In this document: one piece after another, positions 53,501 through 64,000 of the stretch
Numbering within the stretch: position 1 is the first letter of the stretch
Layout of the letters: each line of letters starts with the position of its first letter
Source: Eledone cirrhosa
Lineage: Eukaryota
NCBI GenBank assembly: GCA_964016885.1
Contig: OZ024741.1
Location: 380,246,001 to 380,310,000, forward strand
DNA: 64,000 nt
Direction: 5' to 3'
Made by a program: the position numbers and the translations under genes
Notes under the pieces: model-generated
Told to the model about the DNA's origin: nothing
Databases searched by the model: none
The model's input: the letters and a program-made list of their open reading frames with translations, nothing else

Positions 53501-56171
53501 TGCATCTAAGATCCCGTTCCAGTTGCCCACTAACACTAAAGAGCGGGACGTTCCAAGAAAGGTCTCCAGACGCCGGAAGAAATCAGGCCGCCCTGCTCCT
53601 GTCAGGGCATAGACGCCCACTAACCTGAAAGCTTGCCCATCTCCGCTGGTCACGTCCAGCACCACCAGCTTACCTTCTCTTCTGGGTCCAGGAATATGGC
53701 CCGTATGGCAAGATCCAAACCTCTACGAAAAAGCACAGCAACTCCTCCCCCCGATCCCGGACGGCTGGGAGATGCGTACACATCGTAGCTGCCGAAGGTC
53801 GGTGCGAAGGCCCGAGCTTCGGAGATTCTGGTCTCGCTGATGGCCACTACATCTATGTTTAATGACCTGAGGTCGTTGAGCAGGTGGCCCTGCTTCCATG
53901 ACGACCCCAAGCCACGCGCATTTATGCTGCCTATTCTGAGTGAGGTCATGTTGAAAAGGAGTGGAAAAGATGGGAAAGACCACTTACCTTACTTCTCGTA
54001 GGGGAAGGACGGTTTTTCCATCCATTTCACTGCTTGTGGCCTGCTCAGGAAGGATGTCCTTATAAATCCTCCTGGAAAGTGCTTGTCGGAAAGCTCCGAT
54101 GTCTTTGGGGAATTTTTGTTTTAGTGTCATGTACGTTTTCTGTGTGATGCGAGTGATTTGTATGTGTGGAGGTGGTGTGAATTTTGGGATTGTTGTGTAG
54201 TCTTTTTCTGTGATGCTGGTGTTGTGTTTGATGTAGTGTAATAATTGCTTGTTGTTCAAATTTAATGCTGTGTAGTGTGTATCGTTTTGGTTGTTTTGTT
54301 TTGTTTGCGTTTGTTGTGGGCTTGTTTCTGATTCGCATTTTGGTGACTTTTGTGGTGTAGGTGATGGTGGTGTTGGGGTTAATGATGGTGATGGTGTTGG
54401 TGTTTGGGTTGATGGGGTTGGTGATGCTGGAGTGGATGGTGGCATATCTGTCCTAACTTTTTTGTTTGTTAATTTATTTGTTTCCCTCTGTATTTTGTTT
54501 TTGGAGGGGGAAGGAAGAGAATTTTTTTCTTTTTTGGTTTCTTCTTTTTTTTCCTGATACCGTTTCCCATTCCTCGTCGTCTCAATCTGTCTCCAGTTAT
54601 GATAGGCCGGGGAGTGGAAAATCCTCCACAGGCGTTAGATTTGGTTGTGGCGTGGTGGATGGTGTAGGCGCTGGTGCTAGTTCTGAAGCGTTGGGTGGTG
54701 GCAGTGTTGGTTTTGCTGGTGGTGGTGGTGTTGGTTTTGCTACTGTTGCTGGGGTTGTTGCTTTTATAGTTGCTTCTGTCGTTGCTGCTACAGTTGTTGC
54801 TGCCATCTCTGCTACTGGTGGTGTTGATGGTTGTGCAACTGGTGTGGGTAGGAGAGGTGGCCTCAACCTTTTAGCCTGAGGGCAGAAAGCCCTTAGGTGG
54901 GTTCCTTCACCACAAACGACACACCTAGGCCTTCTTGCTCGACAATTACGGTGAGGTGGCTGCCGTCAGTGAGGTCTATTACCTCTGGGATCTCCTCAAT
55001 GCTTCTTTGGTCCGCTTGGATCAGGAGCTCCATCCCAGATCCGGACCAGTTCTCCTGCTTTTCTTTTGCTATTGCTATTATCTTTGTGTTGGCTTCGATG
55101 CCGGCGAGGACGGCCACTATTAGCCAGGGAATTTCGATGGCCGGTGGAACGTGGGTCACCCTGATCTTTACGAGTCTCTGGCCACAATAGCTTGGGACGT
55201 GTGTGAAGTCGTCACTTCTTAATGGGGCCATGGAGTGTTCTCTAGCCTCCTCTGGTGTTTCAAAGAACACGTTCACGGTTCCATACTTCTACCCACGTCT
55301 GATGTGGGTTTTTCTTGCCCACAAATGTCCCAAAGCTTTTTGGATTTGGGACTCGGATGCCCGTTCCACTCGGCGCGATTTTACATTTATTGTTCGATAC
55401 GACACAGTGCATAGGCGCCGATGCTCCATTTTATTAGGTGGGGGGTGAGGCTGGCCCTGTACCCATCTTTCTTTACCATTTGTTTGGCATTTTCTAAATC
55501 CTCCTGAGTTACCGTAAATGCTTCGAACTGTTTTGCTACTCTGGCAAAACTCAGGGTGGTTTTTTAATGTCATTGTTGTTGTTGTTGCTATCGTTATTTT
55601 TGTTATTATTAATTTTAGTTTCAGTTGTGGTGGTGGTGACGTCAGTGAAATTCTGTTTGGGAGAGTCCATTTTTGTTGAAAATATTTCGACATCACGAGT
55701 TGATTTATTTTTTCCTTTTGTTTCTGTTGTCGCGGTGGTGGGAGGGGGGTGTTGTCGCGGTGGTGGTGGTGGCGGCTTTAACACCTGCAGTTATTGGTAA
55801 TGGCGGGAAATGAATGTCTGCCTGAGACAGATTTAAAATATTGCTAGTGCTTAAATTGTGTGTGTTGGCAGACGTAATATCATTTACAATGGTGGTGTCG
55901 GTGTGAGGTGTTAATTTGTGAGAAAGGCTTTCAGCTGCTTGGTGCAGTGGTGAATTAGCCATTTTTTTTTCAAAGAAATTTTTTGATAATCATAAAAGTT
56001 TAAATTTTGGGCACAAGACACCAATCTTTTGGGGTGTCCTTTTCGGAAAACAATGTATGTGCGCTTATATATAGTTAACAATAAAATTTTCCATAAATGG
56101 CAATTTTTTACACACGGAAATAACAAACCTTTGCGGAGCTCACGATGACACGATTTACTACGTAGGTCGCC
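50556..56171 (-). mobile_element. Tx1/L1-clade element copy T2, both ends present, internal deletion of about 250 bp near 52753
   Basis: Colinear with T1; ORF2 pieces from 53949 to 50801 (YADD in 50801-52177) and ORF1 pieces from 55962 to 53984. Confidence 0.95.
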
Positions 56172-56205
<34 letters not shown>

Positions 56206-56225
56206 TTAATAATAATAATAATAAT

Positions 56226-57430
56226 AAATCCTCGATAAGAGTGTTTAAATGTCCAACCTAAACAGTTCGAATAACGGTGAAATGGACACTAGAATGTCAT
56301 GTGACAGACTCTCACCCAACAGGTGCTCCCTGTCTCAGCAGCAGGGACCTGGCTGTCAACCAAATACTGCTGGTGTTGGAGGAAGAAGGAGAAGGAAAGG
56401 GACCAATCTCTAAGTAGATCTGAGGGTGGAAGAGGTCTTATCAGCATAGAGGACTGTGTTCAGATGGAGAAAAACAACCTATACAAATACGTGACCTATA
56501 GTAAGGAGCCAATGCTCAGAACTGTACTGAAGGAGGGGACAGTAGGCCAGGGGATGTCCAAAGAGGAAATAACATCAAGGAGGAAGAGCAGCCTTCAGGG
56601 AAAATCCCTTCATAGTACCTTCTTTGAGAAAACTGAATTTAGAGATCCACAGACATGGAACTGGTTGAGAAGAGGGGACCTCAAAAAGGCTACAGAAGGA
56701 ATGCTAATGGCTGCGCAGGAGCAGGCCCTCAAAGCGAAGTGGTTGAAGCACCATATTTACAAGGAGGAGGCTAGCCCACTGTGCAGGATCTGTGGAGAGA
56801 GAGAGGAGACTGTGGCTCACATTGTGTCCGAGTGTAAACACCTAGCCCAGACCCACTATAAGGGCTGGAGACACGATGTGATGGGCAGGGTGATCCACTG
56901 GCACCTGTACAAAAGTAAACAATTTACCACACTCTGAGAAATGGTATGAGCATAGGCCAGAGGCGGTGATGGAGAACAATCAGGTGAAGGTGCTGTGGGA
57001 TTTTAGGATACAGAGGGACAAAAAACTGAAACACAATAGACCTGACCTGGTGGTTGTGGACAAAGAAAAAAGATCGTGTCTGATTGTGGATGTGGCCTGC
57101 CCGTTCGACACGAGAGTGCAAGAGAAGGAGAGGGAGAAAATTAACCGATACCAGGACCTAAAGTGGGAGGTGAAAAGGATTTGGAACTGCCATGAAGTCA
57201 AAGTGATCCCGATTGTCATAGGCGCACTGGGGACTATCTCCAAAGGTTTCCAGGGATGGTTAAAGAAAATCGGCCCCTTCACGCTTTTTGGAACGCTTCA
57301 AAAGGCATGCTTGCTTGGAACAGCAAGAACCCTCCGATACGTCCTGAATATCTGAGGCTGCAGGTAGTGGCTTGATATTCAATCCAACGGACTTTCCAGT
57401 TAACCAACATCAATGACTGAGATTCAAGGA
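56226..57430 (+). mobile_element. R4/Dong family A copy A5, internally deleted (about 2.3 kb missing near 56405)
   Basis: The first ~180 bp of the leaderless form is fused to the [11 protein letters not shown] region. Confidence 0.93.
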
Positions 57431-57450
57431 ATAACAACAATAATAATAAT

Positions 57451-57937
57451 AAATCCTCGATAAGAGTGTTTAAATGTCCAACCTAAACAGTTCGAATAAC
57501 GGTGAAATGGACACTAGAATGTCATGTGACAGACTCTCACCCAACAGGTGCTCCCTGGCTCAGCAGCAGGGACCTGGCTGTCAACCAAATACTGCTGGTG
57601 CCGGTGGAAGAAGAAGAGAAAAGGGACCAGAACCAACTGGACGAAAGAGTTGAATAGAACTGTTATGCAATGTTACCTGAAGAGTAACCCCAAGGAGAAA
57701 GGCTATAGGAAAAGGATGCATAACATCTGGAACGAGATCGGTCCTATCTCAAAATGTTTCCAGGATGGTTAAAGAAAATTGGCCCCGCCCCGCTTTTTGG
57801 AACACTTCAAAATGCATGCTTGCTGGGAACAGCAAGAACTCTCCGATACGTCCTGAATATCTGAGGCTGCAGGTAGTGGCTTGATATTCATTTCAACAAA
57901 CTTTTCAGTTAACTAACTTCAATGATTGAGACTCAAA

Positions 57938-57939
<2 letters not shown>
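57451..57939 (+). mobile_element. R4/Dong family A copy A6, about 490 bp, internally deleted (about 3 kb missing near 57743)
   Basis: The leaderless 5' end is joined at gagatcggtc|ctatctcaaa to the last ~200 bp of the element. Confidence 0.92.
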
Positions 57940-57993
<54 letters not shown>

Positions 57994-57996
<3 letters not shown>

Positions 57997-60900
57997 TAAA
58001 CATACATTCGCCAATCCTCGATAAGAGTGTTTAAATATCGAACATAAACAGTTCGAATAACGGTGAAATGGAGACTAGAACGTCATGTGACAGACTCTCA
58101 CCCAACAGGTGCCCCCTGGCTCAGCAGCAGGAACCTGACTGTCAACCAAATACTGCTGATGTTGGAGGAAGAAGAAGAAGGAAAGGGGCCAGAACCAACT
58201 GGACGAAAGAATTGAATAGAACTGTTATGCAATGCTACCTGAAAAGTAACCCCAAGGAGAGGGGCTACAGGAGACGGATGCATAACATCTGGAACGAGAT
58301 TGGTTTATTTAAATTAGATGAACAAAAATTGGCCGGGCAGGCTCGGGTAATAAGAACTAATGGGTGGATAAGCGAGCTGGAACTGGAGGAACTGAGCAGA
58401 GAGAATGGCTTGGAGATGGCGGGTGTAGTATGCCAGACAAGCGAGCCGGCGGGAAATGAAGGTGAGGAGGTCCTGAGAACGGAGGAACCACCCGAAGCAG
58501 ACAATGATCTGAATACTGAGATAAATAATACCTGGAACAGAGATACGGCCACTGAGGAGATGAATGCTGACGGGCTAGGACAAGATACGGTTGACATCCT
58601 AAATTTAGTGGTAGATGAGTTGAACAATGATAGTGGGAGACCTATGAATCTAAGATTTGTAGACAGGAAAAAGTTAAAAGAAACAACAGCTAAGGTAAAC
58701 AAAGTCATCCCATACCTTGAGGCGAGGAGTCTTCACCAGTGCAACAATATCCTCAAAGCAACAGCAAATACGGTGAGGAAACTACTTGGTATAAAAGCGA
58801 GAGGAAACAACAGACAAGAAAGAGCAGAGCCGTGGTGGAAGAAGCGACTGAGTGGGCAAATCGAGGAAATGAGAAATGACATAGGAAAGCTTGAGTCACT
58901 ACTGAATGGGACACTAAAAAACATAGGCACTAAAAATAGACTGGAAATAAAATACAAAACTAGGAGTAAAAAGCTAAATATTATCATAGAGGAATTGAAG
59001 CAACGCATTGTAGCAAAGAGTGCCAAAATCAGGCGATACGAGAACAGAGTCAGTCAGTATAAACAGAACCGCATGTTCGACAACAACCAGAAGATGCTGT
59101 TTGGACAGCTTGAGGGGAAAGAAAGAGGCAACGACTTGGTCCCTGGGGCGGAACAAGCTAAAACATTCTGGAGAGGAATATGGGAGCAGGATGTTAGACA
59201 CAATGCCCAGGCAGGGTGGATTGAGACAGTACAGAGGGAGATCGGTGAGCAGGCACAGCAACAGACTGATTTGAGTATCACAGTTGAAACTCTTAAGGGG
59301 CAAGCCAAAAAACTAACCAACTGGAAATCACCAGGCCCAGATGGTGTGCAGGGGTATTGGATTAAACATTTAACATCCCTCCACCCGAAGCTGACGGCCA
59401 TGTTCAATGACTGCTTGGTGTCGGGTGAGGTGCCAGAGTGGTTGACAAAAGGTACCACAGTTCTGATAATGAAAGACCGAATCAAGGGTAATGATGTTAC
59501 CAACTATAGACCTATCACATGTCTGCCCGTAATGTGGAAACTGTTGACGAGCATTGTGTCTGAGGAAATCTACCATCACCTCCACACAAACAACTTGTTG
59601 CCGGACGAACAGAAAGGATGCCGAAAGAAGTCACGTGGTACAAAGGACCAGTTGCTTATTGATAAGATGGTAATGGGGAATTGCAGGAGGAGACACACTG
59701 ATCTTGCCATGGGATGGATAGACTACAGAAAGGCATTTGACATGGTGCCTCATTCCTGGATCACCAAAAGCCTGGAGATCTTCAGGGTGGCAGATAACAT
59801 CAGACAGTTGCTGGGCAGGAGTATGGGGTCCTGGGAGACAGAGTTGACATCAACTGGAGTATCCTTGGGAAGCGTGAAGATCAAGAGAGGTATCTTCCAG
59901 GGAGATAGCCTGTCCCCTCTGTTGTTTGTCCTTGCCCTGATGCCCTTGACCATTATGCTGCGAAAAGTGAGAGCAGGATACAAGCTGGGAAGGGGAGAGC
60001 TTACCATCAATCACCTCCTCTTCATGGACGATCTTAAGCTCTTCGGGAAAAGTGAGAAGGAGTTGGATGTGCTTGTTGACACTGTCCGTATTTTCAGCAG
60101 TGATATATGTATGCAGTTTGGTATTGGTAAATGTGGAGTCATTGTGATGAGGAGGGGTAGGTTGAGCAGAAGTAACGGGATCCAGATACCAACAGGTGAG
60201 ATGATAAAGGAAATTGACTCTGAGGAAGGATACAAGTATTTGGGCGTTCTGGAGGCTGATGGCATAAAGAACAAAAAAATGAAGGAATTGTTAAGAACTG
60301 AATACATTCGGAGAGTAAGGAGCGTATTGAAGTCACATCTGAACAGCAGAAATGCCATAAGCGCAGTAAATTCCCGAGCTGTGTCTATTATTAGGTACAG
60401 TGCGGGAATTCTGAGATGGAATGTTGCTGAACAAAAAGAAATGGATAGGAAGACTAGGAAGATATTGACTATCTACAACATGTTCCACAAGAGGAGTGAT
60501 GTCGATAGACTCTACCTAAGGAGATCTGAGGGTGGAAGAGGTCTTATCAGCATAGAGGACTGTGTTCAGATGGAGAAAAACAACCTATACAAATACGTGA
60601 CCTATAGTAAGGAGCCAATGCTCAGAGCTGTACTGAAGGAGGGGACAGTAGGCCAGGGGATATCCAAGGAGGAAATAACATCAAGGAGGAAGAGCAGCCT
60701 TAAGGGAAAATCCCTTCATAGTACCTTCTTTGAGAAAACTGAATTTAGAGATCCACAGACATGGAACTGGTTGAGAAGAGGAGACCTCAAAAAGGCTACA
60801 GAAGGAATGCTAATGGCTGCGCAGGAGCAGGCCCTCAAAACGAAGTGGTTGAAGCACCATATCTACAAGGAGGAGGCTAGCCCACTGTGCAGGATCTGTG

Positions 60901-61535
60901 GAGAGAGAGAGGAGACTGTGGCTCACATTGTGTCCGAGTGTAAACACCTAGCCCAGACCCACTATAAGGGCTGGAGACACGATGTGATGGGCAGGGTGAT
61001 CCACTGGCACCTGTGCAAAGTAAACAATCTACCACATTCTGAGAAATGGTATGAGCATAGGCCAGAGGCGGTGATGGAGAACAGTCAGGTGAAGGTGCTG
61101 TGGGATTTTAGGATACAGACGGACAAAAAACTGGAACACAATAGACCTCACCTGGTGGTTGTGGACAAAGAAAAAAGATCGTGCCTGATTGTGGATGTGG
61201 CCTGCCCGTTCGACACGAGAGTGCAAGAGAAGGAGAGGGAGAAAATTAACCGATACCAGGACCTAAAGTGGGAGGTGAAAAGGATTTGGAACTGCCATGA
61301 AGTCAAAGTGATCCCGATTGTCATAGGCGCACTGGGGACTATCTCCAAAGGTTTCCAGGGATGGTTAAAGAAAATCGGCCCCTTCACGCTTTTTGGAACG
61401 CTTCAAAAGGCATGCTTGCTTGGAACGGCAAGAACCCTCCGATACGTCCTGAATATCTGAGGCTGCAGGTAGTGGCTTGATATTCAATCCAACGGACTTT
61501 CCAGTTAACCAACATCAATGACTGAGATTCAAGGA
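57994..61535 (+). mobile_element. R4/Dong family A copy A7, leaderless, ORF uninterrupted
   Basis: (TAA)n on both sides; contains ORF 58068-61460. Confidence 0.96.
58068..61460 (+). CDS. R4/Dong-clade retrotransposon protein, 1130 aa (N-terminal domain, RT, CCHC, restriction-like endonuclease)
   Basis: N-terminal WTKELN..EQKLAGQARVIRTNGW; RT motifs WKSPGPDG, YRPITCLP, DYRKAFD, QGDSLSP, FMDD, YKYLG; [21 protein letters not shown]; RLE P(H)LVVVD..DVACP..KINRY. Confidence 0.95.
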   Translation: METRTSCDRLSPNRCPLAQQQEPDCQPNTADVGGRRRRKGARTNWTKELNRTVMQCYLKSNPKERGYRRRMHNIWNEIGLFKLDEQKLAGQARVIRTNGWISELELEELSRENGLEMAGVVCQTSEPAGNEGEEVLRTEEPPEADNDLNTEINNTWNRDTATEEMNADGLGQDTVDILNLVVDELNNDSGRPMNLRFVDRKKLKETTAKVNKVIPYLEARSLHQCNNILKATANTVRKLLGIKARGNNRQERAEPWWKKRLSGQIEEMRNDIGKLESLLNGTLKNIGTKNRLEIKYKTRSKKLNIIIEELKQRIVAKSAKIRRYENRVSQYKQNRMFDNNQKMLFGQLEGKERGNDLVPGAEQAKTFWRGIWEQDVRHNAQAGWIETVQREIGEQAQQQTDLSITVETLKGQAKKLTNWKSPGPDGVQGYWIKHLTSLHPKLTAMFNDCLVSGEVPEWLTKGTTVLIMKDRIKGNDVTNYRPITCLPVMWKLLTSIVSEEIYHHLHTNNLLPDEQKGCRKKSRGTKDQLLIDKMVMGNCRRRHTDLAMGWIDYRKAFDMVPHSWITKSLEIFRVADNIRQLLGRSMGSWETELTSTGVSLGSVKIKRGIFQGDSLSPLLFVLALMPLTIMLRKVRAGYKLGRGELTINHLLFMDDLKLFGKSEKELDVLVDTVRIFSSDICMQFGIGKCGVIVMRRGRLSRSNGIQIPTGEMIKEIDSEEGYKYLGVLEADGIKNKKMKELLRTEYIRRVRSVLKSHLNSRNAISAVNSRAVSIIRYSAGILRWNVAEQKEMDRKTRKILTIYNMFHKRSDVDRLYLRRSEGGRGLISIEDCVQMEKNNLYKYVTYSKEPMLRAVLKEGTVGQGISKEEITSRRKSSLKGKSLHSTFFEKTEFRDPQTWNWLRRGDLKKATEGMLMAAQEQALKTKWLKHHIYKEEASPLCRICGEREETVAHIVSECKHLAQTHYKGWRHDVMGRVIHWHLCKVNNLPHSEKWYEHRPEAVMENSQVKVLWDFRIQTDKKLEHNRPHLVVVDKEKRSCLIVDVACPFDTRVQEKEREKINRYQDLKWEVKRIWNCHEVKVIPIVIGALGTISKGFQGWLKKIGPFTLFGTLQKACLLGTARTLRYVLNI

Positions 61536-61546
61536 ATAACAATAAC

Positions 61547-61584
<38 letters not shown>

Positions 61585-61585
<1 letters not shown>

Positions 61586-61761
61586 TGTTTCTACTTTAGG
61601 TACAAGGCCAGCAAGTACTCAGTACATTACTGGTACTTTATTTTATCGACCCTGTAAGGAGGAAAGGCAAAGTTATCCTCGGCTGGATTAGAACTCAGAC
61701 TGTAAAGGGACGTAACTATGCTAGAAAGCATGGCATCGAACCCTCTACCGATACTGCCAAT
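61585..61761 (-). mobile_element. SINE in the (TAA)n tail of A7
   Basis: Same SINE family; its head is clipped where it meets A8. Confidence 0.87.
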
Positions 61762-61763
61762 TA

Positions 61764-62031
61764 ATGGGAGTTAAAAAGGATTTGGAACTGCCATGGGATC
61801 AAGGTCGTCCTGATTGTCATAGGAGCACTAGGTACTATCTCAAGGAGTATCCAAGGATGGTTAATGAAGATTAGTCCAGCCCAACTTTTCGGAATACTTC
61901 AAAAGGCATGCTTGCTGGGAACAGCAATAAACCTCTGATACGTCCTGAATATCTGAGGCTGCAGGTAGCGGCTTGATATTTATTCCAACAAATTTTCCAG
62001 TTAAATAACATCAATGACTGAGGCTCAAAGA
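61764..62031 (+). mobile_element. R4/Dong family A (diverged subfamily) 3' fragment, A8
   Basis: Shares variants with A0 (gggagttaaaaagg, gaagattagtcc) and carries the family A 3' UTR. Confidence 0.88.
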
Positions 62032-62033
62032 AC

Positions 62034-62068
<35 letters not shown>

Positions 62069-62070
<2 letters not shown>

Positions 62071-64000
62071 CTTTCTTTATTAACCACAAGGGTTTACATA
62101 AAGTAGACATTAAGGACAGTACAGGACAATACAGGACGGTACAAATGGGCATTTCTGCGTGTAAAAAACAAGAAACGGAGTATGTAATAATAGAACAATG
62201 AAAAAATTTCCCAATAGGTGGGAGACTTACGAGGGACATTCGTGGAGAAAGCCCATTAAAAAGCCACAGTGACCCTGACCACCAGAACAAGTGCCCTCTC
62301 CCAGTTTTCCACCTTTAATTTACAGACACATACACAGAGTAGGCCCATTCACTCGGGCCATTCTTGCCTCTCTCACCCATCTTTCAACAAAATGCTGGGA
62401 AGAGTGCACTTCCCTTTCTACCCTGATTTTCCTTTTCAAATGAAATTTGAAAATGTTAATCAGGGCATCACCGAAGAGGTAAGTGCTCGTCTTCAGACCT
62501 TTCTAACGTGTCCACCATACTATCTCTTTCGCCATGGCAACCAGACAGATAAAAACTGCCTGCCATTCCAGGCTAAAGGAAGAGGGCGGGGCAATCCTCA
62601 CGATGGACTCAGCTGATAGCTAGATCCGTCCTACACGCGACAGCAGGTGTTCGACATAAACTCACAAGTCAGCAATGCTCGGACACTGGACGAGTGCGTG
62701 CTGGATGGTTTCGTCGCCCTGCTCGCATCTCGGACATGCCCGGCTGACGGCACCTCCATGCCTGTAGAGTTTATCCCGAACTGGCAAAGCTCCTCGGTAG
62801 CACTGCCAGACCAGGGATTTCTGGAAGTTGTCCGTAGGCCCCGGCCCGAAAGTTCTTCCGAAGAGATTGGCTAGTTGATTTGAGTCGACGCCTAGAGTTT
62901 CCCCAAGTACGTCGTCGTTCTTCCCCTCCACTAATCCTCTATAGAACGCCAAGGTGGAGTTTCCACCGATCACATTGCCCGATTGGTCGAGGGCTGTGAG
63001 TGCCTGAAGACATTCCAGTTTCGAAGCGCTCCCTCTCGGTCTCCGCTTGACCCAGGAATGCAGCTCCGTCAAGGAGACGAGCTGGGGAAAGACGCGTCTA
63101 GCAAACGGAGACCACACCTGATCACCGTTGAGGAAGACGTGGGGATGTCGTAGCCTGAGCGCGTGTCTGCGCATCATCAGCCACCACATTCCCAGCCCTC
63201 CACGTAGCGGTTGTTGATAGCAGATTGACCACCTGACCATCGGAGACGTCCCTTACACAAAGCGAAAGAGAAAACGCTCCAGGGCAATCAGGTGGGGCTT
63301 AGGACAAGGTACGACTGTCAGGCGGTAGTAGATGATGGACGCGATATACGCGTTAGGTACCTCCGCTCGACCCTTCAGGGATAGCTACCTCTCGGCCCAT
63401 TTCTGGGTGAGAGAAGCCACCTTGCTCGTCACCTCGTCCCAGTTTTTGTCCGTCTGCAGATCCGGACCGAACCAGACCCCGATCAATATAACCGGTCCGT
63501 CCGTCCAGCGCCCGACGACGCTGTTGGACGGCATGGACCTGCCTCTCAAGGTGCCGAGCTGCAGGCCCACGGACTTTTCCTGGTTGATCATTAATCTTGT
63601 CACTGCTTCGTATTTTCTTAGTGTAGGGCCGATCACCTCGATGTGAATGGCGTTCGACACCACTAAGTTGACATCGTCCGCATATGCTGACAAGGATCTT
63701 TCGCATCCTAGTTCGCGCGGAACCTTGCTCAACGTCTCCAGTTTGTGCAGTAATGACTCGAGAGTCAATACGTACAATAGGGACGAGAGGGGACATCCAT
63801 GGCGGACCGAGCGCATGATGTTGAACGGTTCCGAAAGGTGACCGTTCACTCTCACCACAGAGCAGATGTCGCTGTGAATGCCAGCGATACAGCTCTGAAG
63901 ACGGGCCCAAATCCAGCCGCCCTCAGGACTGCCGCTAGTTAACGATGGTCGACCCTATCGAAAGCATTCGACTGATCTAAATTTATCAAGGACCCACCCG
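62069..64000 (-). mobile_element. Tx1/L1-clade element copy T3, 3' part (continues beyond the window), more diverged
   Basis: RHGCPLS and SAYADDV in ORF 63385-63858, CPRC..ETIQHALVQC, and a 3' UTR colinear with T1 and T2. Confidence 0.94.

Noticed and set aside
13123-64000. CRISPR array, retron or other prokaryotic RT system
   Set aside because: No repeat-spacer array or operon structure; all RTs have eukaryotic non-LTR architecture.

Overview
AT-rich, repeat-dominated animal genomic DNA. The repeat content (tRNA-head Nin/Deu-core SINEs, RTE tails, Penelope remnants) suggests a mollusc such as an octopus; this is inference only. No complete host gene is evident, only a few candidate exons. 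1-13 kb is ordinary decayed-repeat DNA: the 3' end of a Helitron, RTE fragments, SINEs and a dead mariner. Most of 13-42 kb and 47.7-64 kb is a chain of non-LTR retroelements, mostly joined through (TAA)n microsatellites. The chain has three R4/Dong-clade RT+RLE families, all on + (family A with nine copies or fragments, one with an uninterrupted 1130-aa ORF). It also has three copies of a two-ORF Tx1/L1-clade APE+RT element, all on - and each tail-to-tail with a family A 3' end. SINEs in these tracts share the Tx1 polarity. The 48-58 kb block looks like a deleted duplicate of the roughly 22-38 kb block. 43-46 kb holds two inverted-repeat Penelope-like remnants with degenerate minimal hammerhead motifs. 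The main candidate system is a strand-polarised guild of unrelated retroelements sharing one (TAA)n target.
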